Below, one piece after another: positions 26,961 through 32,000 of a DNA stretch of 32,000 nucleotides. The notes below the pieces were generated by a model. That model made no database searches, had not been told where the DNA came from, and saw only the letters and a program-made list of their open reading frames with translations. This DNA is from Cylindrospermopsis raciborskii Cr2010 (GTDB lineage Bacteria > Cyanobacteriota > Cyanobacteriia > Cyanobacteriales > Nostocaceae): positions 1,740,001 to 1,772,000 of the forward strand of contig NZ_CP065936.1 of NCBI RefSeq assembly GCF_003367075.2, given 5' to 3'. How positions within the stretch are numbered: position 1 is the first letter of the stretch; every line of letters starts with the position of its first letter. A program made the position numbers and the translations under genes.

Positions 26961-28190
26961 ATGGCACGCGCAAAATTTGAAAGGAACAAACCTCACGTTA
27001 ATATTGGTACTGTTGGCCACGTTGACCACGGTAAAACAACTTTAACAGCAGCTATTACCATGACCTTGGCTGCTTTGGGTCAAGCAGTGGCTAAAGGCTA
27101 TGACCAAATTGATAATGCGCCCGAAGAAAAAGCTCGGGGTATTACCATCAATACTGCCCACGTTGAGTATGAAACAGAAAAACGTCACTACGCCCACGTA
27201 GATTGTCCGGGACACGCTGACTATGTGAAGAATATGATCACTGGTGCTGCACAAATGGATGGGGGTATTTTAGTAGTAGCTGCTACTGATGGACCCATGC
27301 CTCAAACCCGTGAACACATTCTTCTTGCAAAACAGGTGGGTGTTCCTAGCTTGGTTGTCTTCTTAAACAAAGAAGATATGATGGATGACCCCGAATTGTT
27401 GGAACTGGTAGAACTGGAACTGCGGGAATTATTGACCAGTTATGAATTTGATGGCGATAATATCCCCATTATCAAGGGTTCTGGTTTGCAAGCTCTGCAA
27501 GCAATGACTGCTAATCCTAAGACTCAACGAGGCGAAAATCCTTGGGTAGATAAAATCTACGAACTGATGGATGCTGTAGATTCCTATATCCCCACCCCTG
27601 AGCGCGATATAGACAAACCCTTCTTGATGGCAGTAGAGGATGTGTTCTCTATTACTGGTCGTGGTACGGTCGCTACTGGTCGGATTGAACGTGGTAAGGT
27701 GAAGGTTGGTGATAACGTTGAATTAGTAGGTATTAGAGATACTCGCGCTACCACGGTGACCGGGATTGAAATGTTCAAGAAGAGTCTTGACGAAGGTATG
27801 GCTGGTGACAATGCGGGTGTGCTACTACGCGGTATTCAAAAAGCCGACATTGAACGGGGTATGGTAATTGCTAAACCCCAATCTATTACCCCCCACACCC
27901 AATTTGAAGGTGCGGTTTATGTTCTTACCGAAAAGGAAGGTGGTCGGAAAACCCCCTTCTTCGCTGGTTATCGTCCCCAGTTTTATGTACGTACAACCGA
28001 CGTAACGGGTACTATTAAAGCCTTTACTTCTGATGAGGGCACTGATGTAGAAATGGTAATGCCTGGAGACCGGATTAAAGTGACTGTGGAACTGATTAAC
28101 CCTGTGGCCATTGAAGAGGGTATGCGTTTTGCTATTCGTGAGGGTGGTCGGACTATCGGTGCGGGTGTGGTGTCAAAAATTGTAAAATAG
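26961..28190 (+). CDS. tuf: Elongation factor Tu
   Basis: '[19 protein letters not shown]', 'DCPGHADY' and 'NKEDM' over 409 aa. AAGGAG lies upstream of the ATG. Confidence 0.98.
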   Translation: MARAKFERNKPHVNIGTVGHVDHGKTTLTAAITMTLAALGQAVAKGYDQIDNAPEEKARGITINTAHVEYETEKRHYAHVDCPGHADYVKNMITGAAQMDGGILVVAATDGPMPQTREHILLAKQVGVPSLVVFLNKEDMMDDPELLELVELELRELLTSYEFDGDNIPIIKGSGLQALQAMTANPKTQRGENPWVDKIYELMDAVDSYIPTPERDIDKPFLMAVEDVFSITGRGTVATGRIERGKVKVGDNVELVGIRDTRATTVTGIEMFKKSLDEGMAGDNAGVLLRGIQKADIERGMVIAKPQSITPHTQFEGAVYVLTEKEGGRKTPFFAGYRPQFYVRTTDVTGTIKAFTSDEGTDVEMVMPGDRIKVTVELINPVAIEEGMRFAIREGGRTIGAGVVSKIVK

Positions 28191-28218
28191 AACTCGCCTT
28201 TTTGCTCTGAAGAAAATG

Positions 28219-28256
28219 GAGCGGAGATGGTTAAAATTCATCTCTGCTCTTTTTTC
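28219..28256 (+). terminator. Intrinsic terminator/attenuator between tuf and rpsJ
   Basis: Stem gagcggagatg (28219-28229) pairs with catctctgctc (28239-28249), including one G-U pair, with a 9-nt loop. It is followed by tttttt. Confidence 0.65.
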
Positions 28257-28304
28257 TTCCCTCAATCTCTAAATTTAAAATTCACAGAACCAGGAAAACT
28301 AAAG

Positions 28305-28622
28305 ATGGCAACTTTACAGCAGCAAAAGATCAGAATCCGCTTACAAGCTTTTGACCGACGTTTATTAGATACATCTTGCGAGAAGATTGTAGATACGGCC
28401 AACCGGACTAACGCTACAGCTATTGGACCTATTCCTTTACCCACAAAACGCAAAATATATTGCGTGCTGCGTTCTCCTCACGTAGACAAGGATTCCCGTG
28501 AACACTTTGAAACCCGTACCCATCGTCGCATTATTGATATTCATCAACCATCTTCTAAAACTATTGATGCCCTGATGAAGTTGGATTTACCATCCGGTGT
28601 GGATATTGAAGTTAAACTATAG
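28305..28622 (+). CDS. rpsJ: 30S ribosomal protein S10
   Basis: '[10 protein letters not shown]...LDTSCEKIV...GPIPLPT...[23 protein letters not shown]' is a canonical S10 sequence. The start is ATG 28305. The longer ORF from 28227 would run through the upstream terminator hairpin. Confidence 0.95.
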   Translation: MATLQQQKIRIRLQAFDRRLLDTSCEKIVDTANRTNATAIGPIPLPTKRKIYCVLRSPHVDKDSREHFETRTHRRIIDIHQPSSKTIDALMKLDLPSGVDIEVKL

Positions 28623-28637
28623 CCAAAACGCTAAATA

Positions 28638-28686
28638 GTGGAAAAAAGGGGTTGGTAGCTTCCCCTCTTTTCCACTTTTATTTTTG
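28638..28686 (+). terminator. Intrinsic terminator of the str-rpsJ transcription unit
   Basis: Stem gtggaaaaaagggg (28638-28651) pairs with cccctcttttccac (28662-28675) with one mismatch. It is followed by ttttattttt. The IS element is inserted immediately after the T-tract. Confidence 0.8.
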
Positions 28687-29441
28687 GCGTTGCATATTTG
28701 CGGGATGAATCAACTAAACGCGGGTATTACTTCATACTTTAAATAGTGAAGTAATAATTTAATTGAATACCTAAGCATATCTACAGATTTTGAATAGCAT
28801 AGCGTTTTTCTATGTAGTCGCGCTAAGTAGTGACGTAAACGTGTATTTTCACCCTCTACCCTAGTCATATATGTTTTGCTCACAATATGATCCTCTGGCT
28901 GAATAAAACTCGGATAAACCCTCCACCCATCAGTAACATAAAAAAAGCATTGCCAGAGTTTAACGATGTCCCACAAAGGTTGAAATGCTTGTGAGCTGTG
29001 GTCTCCCACAACCCAAGCCAGGATATTTTTACGGAAGTGATTTACTGCTGTCCACAACCATATTTTGTTTTTTTTTGATCCCACAAAGGTCTCCAACTCA
29101 TCAAGCTCACCTACCAAGGGTGTTTCCTCAACTGGTGGAGCATCTGGAAGTATGGAACCAATTTGTTTTAGCCAGTAAATAATAGTTGTATGATGAACGC
29201 CTTTATCGCGTTCAATTGCTCTAAATCCCATACCGTTAACATAAGAGCGCAGGCAACTTTGTTTAACTTCTTCTGAATAGCCTTTAGGTGGACTATAGAC
29301 ATCGATAAATTGACGACCACAATCAACACAAATGTGATTTTGTTTACCTCGACGTTTGCCATTCTTTCTGATTTTGGAAGACCCGCAGTTTGGACAATGC
29401 ACAGTAGATTACCTCAATTCATACCTCTATTATGCAACGCC
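28686..29441 (-). mobile_element. IS1-family insertion sequence (756 bp), apparently intact, with 8-bp target-site duplication
   Basis: Terminal inverted repeats are ggcgttgcata...atgaat (28686-28710) and its imperfect complement ending at 29441; the 11 outermost bp are identical. The flanking direct repeats TTATTTTT lie at 28678-28685 and 29442-29449. The size and an 8-9-bp duplication are typical of IS1. Confidence 0.88.
28710..29402 (-). CDS. IS1-family transposase (single uninterrupted ORF, InsAB-like fusion)
   Basis: N-terminal zinc-finger 'CPNCGS...CVDCGRQF', an HTH region 'GMGFRAIERDKGVHHTTIIYWLKQ', and a C-terminal DDE-type region. No frameshift is needed. The stop codon abuts the left IR. 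Confidence 0.88.
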   Translation of the reverse strand: MHCPNCGSSKIRKNGKRRGKQNHICVDCGRQFIDVYSPPKGYSEEVKQSCLRSYVNGMGFRAIERDKGVHHTTIIYWLKQIGSILPDAPPVEETPLVGELDELETFVGSKKNKIWLWTAVNHFRKNILAWVVGDHSSQAFQPLWDIVKLWQCFFYVTDGWRVYPSFIQPEDHIVSKTYMTRVEGENTRLRHYLARLHRKTLCYSKSVDMLRYSIKLLLHYLKYEVIPAFS

Positions 29442-29575
29442 TTATTTTTCCTGTTTCTGATAGAATATTTTCAAATAATCTCAAGTACAAACTTTCACTC
29501 AGACTTGGGTGTAAAATATCAGTAACATACATAGCCTTTATAGTCTTAACAATATACTTTATCCCCTAACCCAAA

Positions 29576-30226
29576 ATGACATCTTCTCCCAAAATTGCCG
29601 TCCGCGAACTACCCCTTTTCCCCCTACCAGAAGTGGTGCTTTTCCCCACTAGACCTTTACCCCTGCATGTGTTCGAGTTCCGCTACCGAATTATGATGAA
29701 TACTATTTTAGAGAGCGATCGCCGGTTTGGGGTGTTAATGGTAAATCCAATTAATGGTGCTATAGCCAATGTTGGGTGTTGTGCAGAAATAATTCATTAT
29801 CAGCGATTGGAAGATGGCAGAATGGAAATCTTAACTTTAGGACAACAAAGATTTCGAGTGCTTGAATATGTGAGAGAAAAACCCTATCGTGTAGGTTTAG
29901 TGGAATGGATGGAAGAAAATCCACCAGCTTTAGATTTAAGACCTCTAGCTAGGGAAGTAGAGCAGCTGTTGCGGGATGTAGTTCGTCTCTCTTCCAAATT
30001 GACGGACAGAGATATTGAATTGCCAGAAGATTTGCCAGATTTACCACGGGAGCTATCTTATTGGATAGCCAGTAACCTGTACGGTGTAGCCGATGAACAA
30101 CAGGCACTGTTGGAATTACAGGATACCCAAGCCCGATTAAACAGGGAGTCGGAAATCTTGACATCTACTCGTAATCATCTAGCCGCACGTTCAGTCTTAA
30201 AAGATACCTTTGATGATATAAAGTAG
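29576..30226 (+). CDS. LON N-terminal substrate-binding domain protein (no ATPase or protease domains)
   Basis: 'LPLFPLPEVVLFPTRPLPLHVFEFRYRIMM' is the hallmark start of the Lon N-domain. The protein is 216 aa. Confidence 0.85.
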   Translation: MTSSPKIAVRELPLFPLPEVVLFPTRPLPLHVFEFRYRIMMNTILESDRRFGVLMVNPINGAIANVGCCAEIIHYQRLEDGRMEILTLGQQRFRVLEYVREKPYRVGLVEWMEENPPALDLRPLAREVEQLLRDVVRLSSKLTDRDIELPEDLPDLPRELSYWIASNLYGVADEQQALLELQDTQARLNRESEILTSTRNHLAARSVLKDTFDDIK

Positions 30227-30480
30227 TATGTGAACTTGAAATTAAGATGAACGGGTGACGGTGGCAAAATCTGGTTCTCTCTATGAAGTGGGCAATTTTT
30301 TGCATGTACCGTGGGAGGGATTTTTAAGCCATTTTAGGGACTAAAAAGCCAAAACATATTATTTATGACCAAAAACCTCAATATATCAAAACTTTAATCG
30401 TTCTAACTCCAATTATTTAGGGTATAACATGAGAATATGTTTATCAAAAACTTTGGTTTTTGCCTTGGACACCTATTTTT

Positions 30481-30747
30481 ATGGACATTCAGTTAATCAA
30501 CATTGGTTTTGGCAACATAGTTTCTGCTAATCGGGTAATTGCCATTGTTAGTCCCGAATCAGCACCTATTAAGCGAATTATTGGCGATGCCAAAGATAGA
30601 GGACAATTAGTTGACGCCACCTATGGTCGTCGCACTAGGGCGGTAATTATCACTGATTCTAGCCATGTTATTCTCTCAGCAATTCAGCCAGAAACAGTGG
30701 CCAATCGTTTTGTTCTTTCCCGTGACCATCACACAGCTGACAATTGA
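30481..30747 (+). CDS. remA: RemA/DUF370-family protein (putative regulator)
   Basis: '[30 protein letters not shown]...[40 protein letters not shown]' matches the RemA family along its length. The start is ATG 30481. The ORF-track TTG at 30460 adds 7 unsupported residues. Confidence 0.88.
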   Translation: MDIQLINIGFGNIVSANRVIAIVSPESAPIKRIIGDAKDRGQLVDATYGRRTRAVIITDSSHVILSAIQPETVANRFVLSRDHHTADN

Positions 30748-30768
30748 TAATAAGTCCCAAATTAGACA

Positions 30769-31374
30769 ATGCAATTTTTACCTCTTATTTCCAGTGCTAC
30801 TACCCGCCCCGGTAAGCTAATTGTTTTAACAGGTCCTAGTGGAGTTGGTAAGGGAACTTTAATACAAAAACTTTTGGCACAACATCCCCAATTGTATTAT
30901 TCAGTTTCTGCTACTACTCGCTCTCCTCGTCTGGGAGAAATTGATGGCAAAAGTTATTACTTTATCACCCCCAACAGCTTTCAAGAGTTAGTTGCTCAGG
31001 GGGAATTTTTGGAGTGGGCGGAATTTGCTGGTAATTATTATGGAACTCCTCGTGCTGCTGTTCTCCAGCAAATTCAGTTGGGAAGATCGGTGATTTTAGA
31101 AATTGAATTGGCCGGGGCCAGACAAATCAAAGCTTCTTACCCTGACGCCTTAAGCATTTTTATTTTGCCTCCTTCATTTCTAGAATTAGAAAACCGCATC
31201 CGAGCAAGAGGACAAGATTCGGATGAAGCCATCACTCGTCGTCTTAACCGAGCTAAGGAAGAAATTAAAGCCGCTTCAGAATTTGATATTCAAATTGTCA
31301 ATGATGACTTCGCTACAACCTTAAATGAACTGGAAACTATTTTAAAAACTATTTCAAGTTTTTCACAGCTTTGA
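30769..31374 (+). CDS. gmk: Guanylate kinase
   Basis: '[10 protein letters not shown]' P-loop, 'SVSATTR.PR.GE.DG..YYF', 'EWAEF.GN.YGTP'. Confidence 0.93.
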   Translation: MQFLPLISSATTRPGKLIVLTGPSGVGKGTLIQKLLAQHPQLYYSVSATTRSPRLGEIDGKSYYFITPNSFQELVAQGEFLEWAEFAGNYYGTPRAAVLQQIQLGRSVILEIELAGARQIKASYPDALSIFILPPSFLELENRIRARGQDSDEAITRRLNRAKEEIKAASEFDIQIVNDDFATTLNELETILKTISSFSQL

Positions 31375-31471
31375 GACTTAGATCTTCATCTTTTCCTTCC
31401 ACCTACCCAGATTGTTAAGGTCTGAGTAGGTTTGGGTGGACATTAATAAGCGGGCGCAGAAATTATGGAAA

Positions 31472-31993
31472 TTAACCAATTAAACCTTGGATAATTCCAG
31501 AGTTCAGGGTCAAAAAGAAAGCAACTACAGCACCACCAATACCACCAATTAAGAACGCACTGGTGAAGTTATTCCAACTTTCTTTGGAGTTAAATGCGTC
31601 TCCTGGAACTTTGGTCACAGTTACACTCGCTAGCGCTGGAGCAGGATTGCTATTAGCATACAGAGACAGACATGCGGTAAGAATGATAACTAAACCCACA
31701 CTGCCCAATAATCCAGCTAAATTGGCATTGGCAGAATCACGTAGGGGACCTAACTTATCAAAAGGCCCAAAGAGTAAGTAGCCATGTGCCATACCCACTT
31801 CCAGTCCTCGTCTAAAAGGAGTTAAGCCAGGTCTATAAGCAGGTAAGTTGCCAATAAACCACTTAACCAAAGGGGATGAGTTAATTGGGGTTTCCAAATT
31901 TCCATCCTGGGGATTACCACCAGCTGCTCTTACAGTTTGCTGATTTCTGGGATCACTGGGGAGATTTTTAGATTTATTTGCTGCTTGTGCCAT
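31472..31993 (-). CDS. psaL: Photosystem I reaction centre subunit XI (PsaL)
   Basis: 'NLPAYRPGLTPFRRGLEVGMAHGYLLFGPF' and three C-terminal TM helices. The protein is 173 aa. Confidence 0.93.
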   Translation of the reverse strand: MAQAANKSKNLPSDPRNQQTVRAAGGNPQDGNLETPINSSPLVKWFIGNLPAYRPGLTPFRRGLEVGMAHGYLLFGPFDKLGPLRDSANANLAGLLGSVGLVIILTACLSLYANSNPAPALASVTVTKVPGDAFNSKESWNNFTSAFLIGGIGGAVVAFFLTLNSGIIQGLIG

Positions 31994-32000
31994 GTTTTGT

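Noticed and set aside
24954-27811. Antisense ORFs of 62-159 aa inside fusA and tuf
   Set aside because: They are opposite-strand frames of two of the most conserved genes known. GC-richer coding DNA commonly leaves such open antisense frames.
28227-28304. 26-codon N-terminal extension of rpsJ
   Set aside because: It would translate through the tuf-rpsJ terminator hairpin. S10 proteins start at the [13 protein letters not shown]-type sequence.
28985-29525. 64-71-aa ORFs overlapping the IS1 transposase and the IS right end
   Set aside because: They are shadow or alternate frames of the transposase gene, and one crosses the IS boundary. I see no evidence of an insA/insB split, as the main ORF is continuous.
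28623-29575. Idea that the IS insertion disrupts a ribosomal-protein operon (rpsJ normally heads the S10 operon)
   Set aside because: In cyanobacteria rpsJ typically ends the str cluster. An intact terminator precedes the insertion, and the restored empty site is just terminator T-tract followed by spacer.
30236-30253. Possible fourth copy of the hairpin repeat ('aagatgaacg' shared with 14731-14740)
   Set aside because: Only about 10-11 nt match and the GGTTGGGTT stem is absent, which is within chance expectation.
30460-30480. TTG-initiated extension of remA
   Set aside because: RemA-family proteins start at the M-(D)[10 protein letters not shown] region, and the extension adds 7 non-conserved residues.
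1-32000. CRISPR arrays, tRNA, rRNA or tmRNA genes
   Set aside because: I saw no regularly spaced 25-40-bp direct repeats. I also saw no cloverleaf-like or rRNA-like sequence in any intergenic region. The only tandem repeat is the 48-bp block at 22761-22808.

Overview
This 32-kb window comes from an AT-rich cyanobacterial chromosome. By inference it is a Nostocales-like filamentous organism: there are 11 copies of the HIP1 octamer GCGATCGC, plus psaL, a ferredoxin-type glutamate synthase, and a str cluster that ends in rpsJ. The outer parts are housekeeping. On the left are a hotdog-fold thioesterase and dxr. On the right are Fd-GOGAT, a secreted phosphodiester-glycosidase-like protein, a PMI-type cupin, an IscA/HesB protein, rpsL-rpsG-fusA-tuf-rpsJ, a LON N-domain protein, remA-gmk and psaL. 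An intact single-ORF IS1-family element with an 8-bp target duplication sits just after the rpsJ terminator. The notable part is a ~13-kb envelope-glycosylation island (2784-15754). It has an ArnC/GtrB/DPM1-like GT2 and a small ArnE/F-like 4-TM protein, followed after a 269-bp gap by a membrane-anchored CE4 deacetylase. Beside them are six polytopic GT-C-type glycosyltransferase candidates: two PIG-V-like, three ArnT/PMT_2-like (one of them an 846-aa fusion with a large periplasmic domain and TPR-like tail), and one unclassified. No nucleotide-sugar modification genes are present. The island carries rearrangement footprints. A ~93-bp direct repeat brackets one GT-C gene. In one repeat copy the two ends of the 846-aa gene lie side by side, as if that ORF had been cleanly removed. 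The island also contains a short hairpin repeat family, appears lower in GC, and has a HIP1-free core. All functional calls rest on motif recognition in the supplied translations. No database search was run.
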